NCBI GenBank assembly: GCA_003212885.1
Contig: QCOP01000002.1
Span: 278 to 64,277, forward strand
DNA from: Prochlorococcus sp. AG-432-D11
GTDB taxonomy: Bacteria > Cyanobacteriota > Cyanobacteriia > PCC-6307 > Cyanobiaceae
Direction of reading: 5' to 3'
DNA: 64,000 nucleotides
The notes beneath the pieces were generated by a model that was not told the DNA's origin, made no database searches, and saw only the letters and a list, made by a program, of their open reading frames with translations. Both the position numbers and the translations under genes were made by a program. Positions 56,130 through 64,000 of the stretch are shown here, piece by piece (within the stretch, counting starts at the first letter, position 1; each line of letters opens with the position of its first letter).

Positions 56130-56561
56130 ATGAATAAGTTTCTTTTGTCTTTAGTGGCTCTTCTAGCTATCTCAACTCTTGAGATTGATGCTTCTCAAAA
56201 AAATTTAAAGACTAATGATCGGAAAAAACTTGCTGAAGCAATTAAGATAGAAGCGTATAAATTCGCAAATAACCCCTCTGACTATTCATTGGTTATATCA
56301 ACTGAGAAATTAGTCTGGGAAATGATACAAGGTACTGAAGGTAAATCCAGTTGTACAATTCCTTCCTATGACTTAACAAGAAGCATGGAAATACTCAACG
56401 CTACTTTTATTAAATTGTCCACACAAGTAGATTCTTATAAAGGAATGCCAGGTATGGGTAATTATAAAAAACAGGCAGTTGCTCAGATGGAAAGTGAAAT
56501 CAATGGTCAAAAGGCAGGATTAAATAAGGTTTTAAATAATGTTATAAAATATTGTATTTAA
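56130..56561 (+). CDS. Secreted helical protein (hypothetical)
   Basis: The signal peptide is MNKFLLSLVALLAISTLEIDA. Confidence 0.5.
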   Translation: MNKFLLSLVALLAISTLEIDASQKNLKTNDRKKLAEAIKIEAYKFANNPSDYSLVISTEKLVWEMIQGTEGKSSCTIPSYDLTRSMEILNATFIKLSTQVDSYKGMPGMGNYKKQAVAQMESEINGQKAGLNKVLNNVIKYCI

Positions 56562-56779
56562 TAAATTATTTAATCCTTGCTTTAAATAATTTTCTTTTTA
56601 AAGAAGTATTTATGGCTTGAATTCTTTAATTGTTTCATTTTAATATGAATCCAAAAAATGTATAATTTTTTATATATAAAAATTAATTTTATTTTAAATT
56701 GAAAAATTTGAGAATTAATTCCTTCAAAAGTATAATTGTAGTTAATCTATTGTTTAAATATAAGTAATGCAAAAATAAA

Positions 56780-58141
56780 TCAGATCTTTATAAGATCTTT
56801 TTCTAAAAATAGTGATATTGATTCATTGACTATTTTTAGATCACAATTTGAGATGGAGGCTATCTCGAAATTGGAATGTTTACCATCCGCAAGGTGCATT
56901 AGCCAAGAAAATACATCTAGATGTTTACCATTTATTTGTATTTCATTATTAAAGTCAAATTGTCTTGAGTGAGACCCTTTACTATTTTCTTCATGTGTTG
57001 GTTGAGATATAGTTCCACCTGTATTTGGGTAAAGGCTTCTCTTGCCCAGTTGATACTCACAATTTTTCATAAGTCTCTTGGGAAAACAGTATGACTCTAT
57101 ATTGTCGACCCATTGCAAATATATTTCTAGTGTTTCAATTAGATCTTTTGATGATATGAAATCTAGATTATCTGCTGATGTATGATATTCATCATATTCA
57201 TAATATTTTGATTTATGAATTGATGGTGTAACTATTCTAATTCCAGGACTTGAGTACTGCCTTTCATCACTACCATCAGGAACAAATGGGTAGGTAATAT
57301 AATCATTATTTGTTTTTTGTTTTAAAGCGTAGTGTGCAGCTTTATTTATCCAGTGTTCTGGATCAAACCCTTCTTTAATTGACAATTTATCTGGTCCAGC
57401 GACACAGCTGAGTATCATCCCACCAATAACGTTGGAAAGGTTGGCTTGAGATAGAAATGCAATTGTTCCAATGGTTTCAGGCCCTATTACAAGTCGATAT
57501 GAATATTTAGTGTCTACTGATTGGAGCTTATTAAATAGCAATGCTGCGCCAATAAAGCCACTAAGATTATCATTTGCTAGAGATGGATGGCAACAATAAC
57601 TGGAAATTAGTATCTCTTGATTTACTTTACCTTTTTTATACGATTCTAGCCATATAAGTTTTCCATTTTCTTTGAGTTCTGAATCAATATTAATTTCGAA
57701 TGGCTCAACAAAATCTTTACTTTTTAATAGATTATGTCTGCAGCAAAATCCCCAATCCCTTCTGTAATAAGATGTCCTATATGGTATCCATTCAGGATGA
57801 TCTGGAAGTGTATGTAACTTCTTTAAAAAATCATTTTTACTCAATATTGTTTTAATAGGTTTAGAATATGACATTAGATGTATATTGTTTTCACTAATAT
57901 CAATTATCTTCTTACCATTCTTGTTTTTAACATATGCGTCTTTTACATTCCATTGAGGAGGTATTTCCCAATCAAATACTTTTTCTCCTGATGGAATTGA
58001 CTTTATAACCGAATCATTTAATAGATTTTTTTGTAAATATGTTAGTGATTTCTCAACTCCTTCTCCAGTAAGGCTTCTATTAATAGGAAATAAATGTTGA
58101 AGTAGTTTGTCAACTAAAGCTATATTAATACCATTGTTCAT
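56780..58141 (-). CDS. DUF4910 / aminopeptidase-like (M28-type fold) protein with C-terminal winged-helix-like segment
   Basis: The N-terminus LLQHLFPINRSLTGEGVEKSL is the SLTG.G signature I associate with DUF2172/DUF4910 proteins. This is a motif-level call. Confidence 0.5.
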   Translation of the reverse strand: MNNGINIALVDKLLQHLFPINRSLTGEGVEKSLTYLQKNLLNDSVIKSIPSGEKVFDWEIPPQWNVKDAYVKNKNGKKIIDISENNIHLMSYSKPIKTILSKNDFLKKLHTLPDHPEWIPYRTSYYRRDWGFCCRHNLLKSKDFVEPFEINIDSELKENGKLIWLESYKKGKVNQEILISSYCCHPSLANDNLSGFIGAALLFNKLQSVDTKYSYRLVIGPETIGTIAFLSQANLSNVIGGMILSCVAGPDKLSIKEGFDPEHWINKAAHYALKQKTNNDYITYPFVPDGSDERQYSSPGIRIVTPSIHKSKYYEYDEYHTSADNLDFISSKDLIETLEIYLQWVDNIESYCFPKRLMKNCEYQLGKRSLYPNTGGTISQPTHEENSKGSHSRQFDFNNEIQINGKHLDVFSWLMHLADGKHSNFEIASISNCDLKIVNESISLFLEKDLIKI

Positions 58142-58320
58142 GAAGAATATTCCTGAATAGATAGTCCAATAATTATTGTTAACAATAGTCTATGAAGAAT
58201 AAATAAACCAGTAGTAGGAAATTTACACTATGTAGTGATGTTTCTTTTAGGTCATATCAACACGATGTTTTTGGTGTTTTTTTGACCTCAAGTTTACTAG
58301 TATCTCTAGTAACTCTTTAT

Positions 58321-58509
58321 ATGAAGTACAGACTAGTACGTTACGATAGACAGTCTGATGTTCATACAGACTTGGTTTTTGATAATTACGATCAAGCCTA
58401 TGATTTCCTATTTAGCATATCTGGTGATCTATGTTGCTCAGATGCAGATTATTTTGATGGCCCCTATTATGAAATAGTTCCATTGCCACAAAAGGATCCC
58501 AATAATTAA
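58321..58509 (+). CDS. Hypothetical 62-aa protein
   Basis: This is an ORF only. I preferred the ATG at 58321. Confidence 0.3.
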   Translation: MKYRLVRYDRQSDVHTDLVFDNYDQAYDFLFSISGDLCCSDADYFDGPYYEIVPLPQKDPNN

Positions 58510-59684
58510 TCTTAAAATGCTTCACTATACATTGAGAACCCTAAGCATCTACTTCATAATTCTTCTTAGGAGGTTGCGAACTTAAGTGGTAAAAGTCAGT
58601 AATTTGCTAAGAATATCCTTGCATCAGATCTAAAAATGTTGTTTGAACGAAGGAATGCTCCTTCTTTCTGTGTTGAAGTCAATTAGGTTGTTACCTTTAA
58701 CCTGATGAAATGGCTTATGTAATCGCTGAAACTCATTCTAATGATTTTAATTTATCGCAAAACTATATTTATATTAGTTTGCAAGATGGTTGTCTAAATT
58801 ATCCAGTTGGAATCTAAGACTTTTCTATAGAATTATTTATTATGAAATGACTTTGACTATTCTTTCATTATATAAAAAATACCAAACTCTACTTTTATAT
58901 TTACTTGGCTGTTAATTTAATCTAATCGTCTAAAATTTTACGTATTATTCCTTTCTTGCAGTATATTATGTAATGCTTTTATACTGAATACCTTAAGTTT
59001 TTGGGATTATAAATGTCTCACTTAGTTGAGTTTCTGTAACACATAGAGGAGGTAATTAAGTTTTTCTTTGCTGAGAATTGGAATAAATTTGTTCATTCCA
59101 ATTGCTTATACCACTAACTTCCTCTCCTCGTAGTTTAAATAATCATATTTCCCTTTATAATTCAACCTTGGACTATACAGTCAGGTGTATTATCTTTTAG
59201 GTATGAAAATATAACTAGAGCCTTTCTTTATATCTTTCTTTCTAAGAATATTACCTTGTTGATATTTAAATAGAAATTTACGATTTGATCTCCTACTTTT
59301 ACATACACTATTAAACTTTACTAAGCCATATTAGACTATTTTTTTTTGTTATATTTGATTGAGATTATATTCTCACTAGTATAGTTCTTCTATATTAATT
59401 ATTCGACTTGATACTATTTAATTAAATTATTATTCAGTTTACTTCTTTATATTATATTTTTATTGGTTTTACGTATTCTTATTTAAGTCTTGATCTTCTC
59501 TTCATTAAGTTATTAGTAATACTTAACTATTTGAGCTTATGAGGATTCATATTGATATTATTTATAAGTTGTATCTATTAATTTAGTTCTAATTATAGAA
59601 TGATTTTAATGATAACTATTGAATATAGATGATATACTAGGATTAGATATAGACAAAATTGTATTTTCGTTGTCCCAAATTTTT

Positions 59685-60341
59685 ATGAAAAAAGAATCAA
59701 AGCCCTGTATTGATGTATTTAGAGATGCTTATAATAATAGGTATACCTGGGAATCTGATTTTAAAGGATATTCTGGTGATGTTATCTGGTCTGATGGATC
59801 TAGAAAGACCATGGGATCTTTTTCTATAGATGCAGAATTTAAGACCTGTATTAAGAATATTTCAGATGATACAACCTCTAACTTAATTAAGCATCAATTA
59901 TGGGAAGTATGTATTCACCGAGTTAGGAGGGATTTTGTTAAAGTCCATTGTGACAATTCGTTTTCTTTTGGCAATTATGATGAATGTGGTCAAGAAATTA
60001 TTGTTGATGGTAAAAATAAAGGAGATAGGTATTGGGTTAAAAATAATGTAATAAATGTAGTTCATAGAAATATACATGGAAAATTAATTGTTATTAATAC
60101 AAGCAAAATCCTAGAGACTGATCGTGGCTATTTAAGCCTTGAATATGTCAGTCAATATTTTGATCCAATTTCCAATAAGCCTATTACAGGAGAAATGCTA
60201 TATCGAGATAAGTTTTCTGTTTTAGACAAGGTTAACTTTTTGGTTTTATCTAACAGAGAGATAGAATATTCCCCTTTTATTGATACTTCTAGAAGTGTTC
60301 ATAAATATGACTTTTTTAATATGACTCAAATTATTAACTAG
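59685..60341 (+). CDS. Conserved hypothetical protein (possibly DUF3386-like)
   Basis: I preferred the ATG at 59685. FRDAYNNRYTWESDFKGYSGDV resembles a cyanobacterial/plant conserved family as I recall it, but I could not verify this. Confidence 0.4.
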   Translation: MKKESKPCIDVFRDAYNNRYTWESDFKGYSGDVIWSDGSRKTMGSFSIDAEFKTCIKNISDDTTSNLIKHQLWEVCIHRVRRDFVKVHCDNSFSFGNYDECGQEIIVDGKNKGDRYWVKNNVINVVHRNIHGKLIVINTSKILETDRGYLSLEYVSQYFDPISNKPITGEMLYRDKFSVLDKVNFLVLSNREIEYSPFIDTSRSVHKYDFFNMTQIIN

Positions 60342-60379
60342 TCTAATGCCTTATATTAAATATATATTTAATTTGGAAC

Positions 60380-60646
60380 ATGTCTAAGGATCTATTTCCT
60401 GCTGATGTCTCAAAAAGGATTTGTAATCATATGAATCTTGACCATAAGGACTCCTTGATTACTTATGCAAAGCATTATGGAGGCATTTCAAATCCTATTC
60501 ACGTCGAACTTGTTGATATTACTAAGAATGCTATGCATCTTGAAGTGGATGAAGAGTCTGTAGAAATTCTTTTTGATCATAAATTAAAAGATAGTTCAGA
60601 TGCCCATAAAACATTGGTCTCCATGATTAAGTCACTGTCTGATTAG
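60380..60646 (+). CDS. DUF2470-like (haem-related) small protein
   Basis: ICNHMNLDHKDSLITYAKHYGG matches the HMN.DH motif of DUF2470. Confidence 0.6.
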   Translation: MSKDLFPADVSKRICNHMNLDHKDSLITYAKHYGGISNPIHVELVDITKNAMHLEVDEESVEILFDHKLKDSSDAHKTLVSMIKSLSD

Positions 60647-60987
60647 TAAAAGAATCATTCAGGATTTAAATAGGTATTACTTTATACCTATATTAGGTTC
60701 TTTTTTTGAATTAAGTAGTATAATTAAAAACTTTTTAATACTATTTTTTATACAAGTAGTCTTCTTTTTTTATGTGATAATTAATTAATTAATTCTAATT
60801 AATACCATGAATTCTGATCAGATAAGTCTTGTCAGTCAATCAATTGCTTTACATCCTCCTATTGTTATAGGAGCTCTATGTTTATTTATGTATATAAGAA
60901 GAAGGATTTTGCTAAGCAATTGATTCTCTTTTCTAACTTTAGCCTTCATGCTAATTCTTTTTAATAATTTTAAATCCAATTTTTATT

Positions 60988-61338
60988 ATGGACTTTTTTA
61001 AGGAGTTTTTGTTTGGAATAGTTGGCTCATCGATTATTTTCTGGGTTTGCGTTGTTGCTCTTTGGCATACTTACATGTTTCCAAGGCTATTTAGTGAGGA
61101 TTATTCTTCCAACATTTCTTCGCCTTCTGCTAATTCTTCAACTAACTCTAGCCCTTCTTTGATTGATCGTGGTAAATATTCAAGGCAATTTTTTGTAATA
61201 GCAGATTTTAATAATTCTAATGATATGGCTATTAATAATAGGTTGTATATTTATTTATTGTTTAGCTTAGTATTTATGTCTTTCTTATTATTAGTTTATG
61301 GTCTTCATAGTGGTTTTTTACTTTATGATATTAAATAA
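60988..61338 (+). CDS. Membrane protein with Ser-rich linker (hypothetical)
   Basis: Two TM segments flank SSNISSPSANSSTNSSPS. Confidence 0.35.
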   Translation: MDFFKEFLFGIVGSSIIFWVCVVALWHTYMFPRLFSEDYSSNISSPSANSSTNSSPSLIDRGKYSRQFFVIADFNNSNDMAINNRLYIYLLFSLVFMSFLLLVYGLHSGFLLYDIK

Positions 61339-61572
61339 TACTTTATTAATTTTATTTATGTATTTTTCTTGAGCTATTATATGATTAGGTAGTTTTTATC
61401 TATCTATTAATTATTTATATTTCTTGGTATTTTATTTATAATTAATAAATTCGGTCCTTTTTGTCTGAGTTATCTGATTCTCGACTTTGTATATCTTGTG
61501 ACTTTAAATAGTATTTTATTTACAGCAAAAAAACCTGATATTTCTTATGAATGTATCGTTATCAAAAAATCA

Positions 61573-62097
61573 ATGTCTGTAGGAATTTATTTTGCAACCA
61601 CAACAGGTAAAACTGAAGATGTTGCTGAAAGGTTGCATGGGTTGCTTGGAGGCACAGATACACCGAAGGATATGTCTGATGTGGATGATCTGAAGGAATT
61701 CCAAGATCACGATGGGATAATTTGCGGTATTCCAACATGGAATACAGGTGCCGATTCTGAAAGGTCTGGAACTGCATGGGATACTCTTCTAGATGAGATT
61801 TCTGAACTTGATCTTTCTGGGAGAAAGGTGGCAATTTTTGGATTAGGAGATTCCTCAACTTATACCGAAAATTATTGCGATGCGATGGAGGAGCTACACC
61901 GTTTTTTTAAGACTGCTGGGGCTTCGATGGTTGGTTATGTATCAGCTAGTGAATATACATTTGATGAGTCAAAAAGTGTTGATAATGGATCTTTTTGTGG
62001 GCTTCCTCTCGATGAAGATAGTGAGTCGGATCTTACTGACGCGAGGCTAGTTAAATGGGCCGATCAATTGAAGAATGAAATACCAGGCCTAGCTTAG
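61573..62097 (+). CDS. isiB: Flavodoxin (long-chain)
   Basis: MSVGIYFATTTGKTEDVAERL, GIPTWNTG and FGLGDSSTYTENYCDAM are present. The start is the internal ATG. The ORF-track GTG extension is not flavodoxin sequence. Confidence 0.92.
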   Translation: MSVGIYFATTTGKTEDVAERLHGLLGGTDTPKDMSDVDDLKEFQDHDGIICGIPTWNTGADSERSGTAWDTLLDEISELDLSGRKVAIFGLGDSSTYTENYCDAMEELHRFFKTAGASMVGYVSASEYTFDESKSVDNGSFCGLPLDEDSESDLTDARLVKWADQLKNEIPGLA

Positions 62098-62445
62098 TTA
62101 GGTGGTAGGCATTAATTCTGCTCTAGGTTGGTTGATTTTTTAACTGAATGAAGTGCTAAAAATTTATCTGCCACACTGACACTTACCTCCCTTCCAATTT
62201 GAGCACCTTTTTTGCTTGCACTTTTTCTTTTTGCTTCTAACTATGAACTCATTAGATAAAAAGGTATTTTTTCTTTTGAATGTCATATATATATTTTTTC
62301 TAAGGGGTTTTTAGTACTTGATAATACCTTGCTACAAAATCCATGACTTGTATATTTTGTAACTCAATCATGACTCATTTCGTCAAGTGTTTAGTAATTG
62401 CTTATAATAATTACATAACCAACATATTAAATAAATTATCTTTTT

Positions 62446-63003
62446 ATGAAGCCTGAAACATTAAATCGTCTTAACCTTCAGGTTGGACCTTCGGGTAGGG
62501 CAATCGCGCAACCAATGGAAACTTCATTGGTTGATCTTATTTATGAACACTTAACGATGGAAAGAAATGCAAATGCTCAGTATTTTGCAATTTCTTTATG
62601 GTTTGCTGAGAGAGAATTCAAAGGTTTTTCTCAATTTTTCAAACAAGAATCTAAGGCGGAGCAGGAACATGCTTATACTTTTGCTAATTACCTGATTGCG
62701 CGTGGACAAACCGTTGTCTTAGACCAATTACTTGCTCCCAAGCAAGAGTGGAATTCTATTGAAGAAGTTATAAGTTTTTCATTCCAAATGGAAGCAGATG
62801 TTTCTAGTTCTTTAAATCAACTCTATTCAATAGCTGAGAGGTCTTCAGATAATAGAACGTCTGTATTTTTAGATCCTATTATTGAGAGTCAAATAGCTTC
62901 TGAAGACGAGTTTGCTCACATTCTTGGTCGGGTTAAATTTGCTAACAATGACCCATCTGCATTATTCATTCTTGATAATGAACTATTAGGGAATAATGCA
63001 TAA
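62446..63003 (+). CDS. ftn: Ferritin-family iron-storage protein
   Basis: EHLTMERNANAQYFAISLWF and ESKAEQEHAYTFANYL supply the ferroxidase-centre E/EQEH pattern. Confidence 0.8.
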   Translation: MKPETLNRLNLQVGPSGRAIAQPMETSLVDLIYEHLTMERNANAQYFAISLWFAEREFKGFSQFFKQESKAEQEHAYTFANYLIARGQTVVLDQLLAPKQEWNSIEEVISFSFQMEADVSSSLNQLYSIAERSSDNRTSVFLDPIIESQIASEDEFAHILGRVKFANNDPSALFILDNELLGNNA

Positions 63004-63019
63004 CCTAAATAAGGTTTAT

Positions 63020-63298
63020 TTACCCTTTTAATGATTTAAACCGTCTACATAGCTCGTTAAGAAAAATGAAAGATAAATCATCTTCAGATTTTGTTTTAAC
63101 AATTTGACTAGATATTTTACAAAGTTCAAACATCCTGTGCTCTATTTTTTGTTTTTCTTTTAGAAGTCTATTTATTAGTATTTTATCTCTAGTTGCTCTT
63201 ATTTCATTATAGATTGAGTTGTACCTACAAGAAATAGACATTACTTCCCTAGACAAACTTCCCACCAATGAATCTGATGTAGCAATTGTATTCTTCAT
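63020..63298 (-). CDS. Hypothetical 92-aa protein downstream of the Crp-like regulator
   Basis: The ORF starts directly after the upstream stop, so it is probably co-transcribed. Confidence 0.4.
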   Translation of the reverse strand: MKNTIATSDSLVGSLSREVMSISCRYNSIYNEIRATRDKILINRLLKEKQKIEHRMFELCKISSQIVKTKSEDDLSFIFLNELCRRFKSLKG

Positions 63299-63892
63299 TT
63301 ATATTGTTAATGATAAAGATGAGGCTTCAATGAATTCTGGGGCAAAGTATATCGAACTTTCTTCTGATGGCACATGTAGAAGGTGGGCTGCTTTAAGTCT
63401 GGATATAAGTCTTGTTGATGTAACTCGAGTTGAACCAATTAACTCACCAATTCTTTCGTGAGTAAGTCTAAAAGGTAGTTTGCACCAATTACCACACCTT
63501 TTGCCTAGCCTAGTTACTAAAAGAGCAAATAAAGCTTGAAGCCGTTGCTCTGAGTTAGTTAAATGTCTTATTCTAAGTAGTTGCAAAGTCCATTCATTTA
63601 CTGCATCTATTGATTCATATATTTCATCTGTTTGACTAATAAAAGTAAATGTTGTTAGAGCTTCAAGGCAGACTCCATCACTACAGATTTTTTCAGTTTC
63701 TAATTGATCACCTGATTGGATAAAAGCTAGCGTCATGTCAGCGGTCTCTTCGCAAGGACAATACACTCTTGCTATTCCATCAAGTACTTTTAAAGACGAC
63801 TTTGATGAAATAGATGTACTTAAAAATATTGACTGCCCCTGAGCCAGTTTGGATCTTCTTGGCTCAAGACCAATGCCTAAATTTCCATCCAT
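63299..63892 (-). CDS. Crp/Fnr-family transcriptional regulator
   Basis: It has an N-terminal cNMP-binding-like beta-roll. The C-terminal HTH is LTHERIGELIGSTRVTSTRLISRLK. Confidence 0.8.
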   Translation of the reverse strand: MDGNLGIGLEPRRSKLAQGQSIFLSTSISSKSSLKVLDGIARVYCPCEETADMTLAFIQSGDQLETEKICSDGVCLEALTTFTFISQTDEIYESIDAVNEWTLQLLRIRHLTNSEQRLQALFALLVTRLGKRCGNWCKLPFRLTHERIGELIGSTRVTSTRLISRLKAAHLLHVPSEESSIYFAPEFIEASSLSLTI

Positions 63893-63910
63893 TGAATCGA
63901 CCGTTGCAAT

Positions 63911-63925
63911 TGAGAATAATTATCA
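63911..63925. promoter_or_regulatory. Candidate Fur box (7-1-7 inverted repeat) upstream of the Crp-like gene
   Basis: tGAGAATaATTATCa differs from the generic 7-1-7 Fur consensus tGATAATnATTATCa at one position. It lies 19-33 bp upstream of the start codon at 63892. Confidence 0.4.
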
Positions 63926-64000
63926 ACTTACTATGAAGCATGGCTTTTTTGCAAGCGATTCTCAATAGCAACTGCTGTTGAGAGGCTTTTGTTATGGTTT

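Noticed and set aside
60806-60964. 52-aa ORF (MNSDQISLVSQSIALHPPIVIGALCLFMYIRRKDFAKQ..)
   Set aside because: It is a possible small membrane protein. It has no recognisable family and no clear ribosome-binding site, and chance ORFs of this size are expected in AT-rich DNA.
61498-61858. GTG-started extension of the flavodoxin ORF (61498..61572) and antisense ORF 61562..61858
   Set aside because: Flavodoxin's canonical N-terminus (MSVGIYFATTTGKTE) begins at 61573. The antisense ORF is a shadow.
63219-63461. ORF 63219..63461 (+)
   Set aside because: It is antisense across the junction of the Crp-like gene and its downstream ORF.

Overview
This is an AT-rich chromosomal segment that looks like a marine picocyanobacterium (Prochlorococcus-like), judged from gene content and protein sequences read by eye. 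No database search was possible. The conserved backbone includes glyQ, an SLH/OprB porin, piuC-futA, cobQ, maf, psbD-psbC (overlapping, GTG-started psbC), ycf4, ilvH, petM, ycf39, the NTRC-type thioredoxin reductase, pntA/A2/B, dxr, cysS, polA, ychF, isiB, ferritin and a Crp-family regulator. Accessory DNA is interleaved with this backbone in four places. (1) 1-6.2 kb holds a trimeric-autotransporter-like surface protein with 26 heptad repeats, an atypical glutamine-amidotransferase-like protein, a channel with a degenerate selectivity filter, a frameshifted solute-binding protein and a DAACS transporter. (2) tRNA-Ser(CGA) at 11.5 kb is followed by two stacked islands with no integrase, each closed by a decayed copy of the tRNA 3' end. 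The first island carries an 11-bp motif (GTGTTGGCGGA) in three clusters, an AlpA-like gene, a chain of about 10 translationally coupled micro-ORFs and a TPR lipoprotein cargo. A run of small membrane proteins continues to about 20 kb. I consider this the best candidate for an undescribed mobile or satellite-like system. (3) 20-26.6 kb holds a carbamoyltransferase / SxtJ-like / DUF5989(SxtK)-like / SGNH operon, including a 53-aa gene missing from the ORF track. A second SGNH paralog, a second TPR paralog and an rpmG with no rpsR beside it lie next to it. (4) 53-58.5 kb is a block of six signal-peptide proteins (three are paralogs) plus a DUF4910-like protein, followed by 1.1 kb of non-coding DNA. 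No rRNA, CRISPR array, transposase or integrase was seen. All family assignments are motif-level readings and need HMM/BLAST confirmation.
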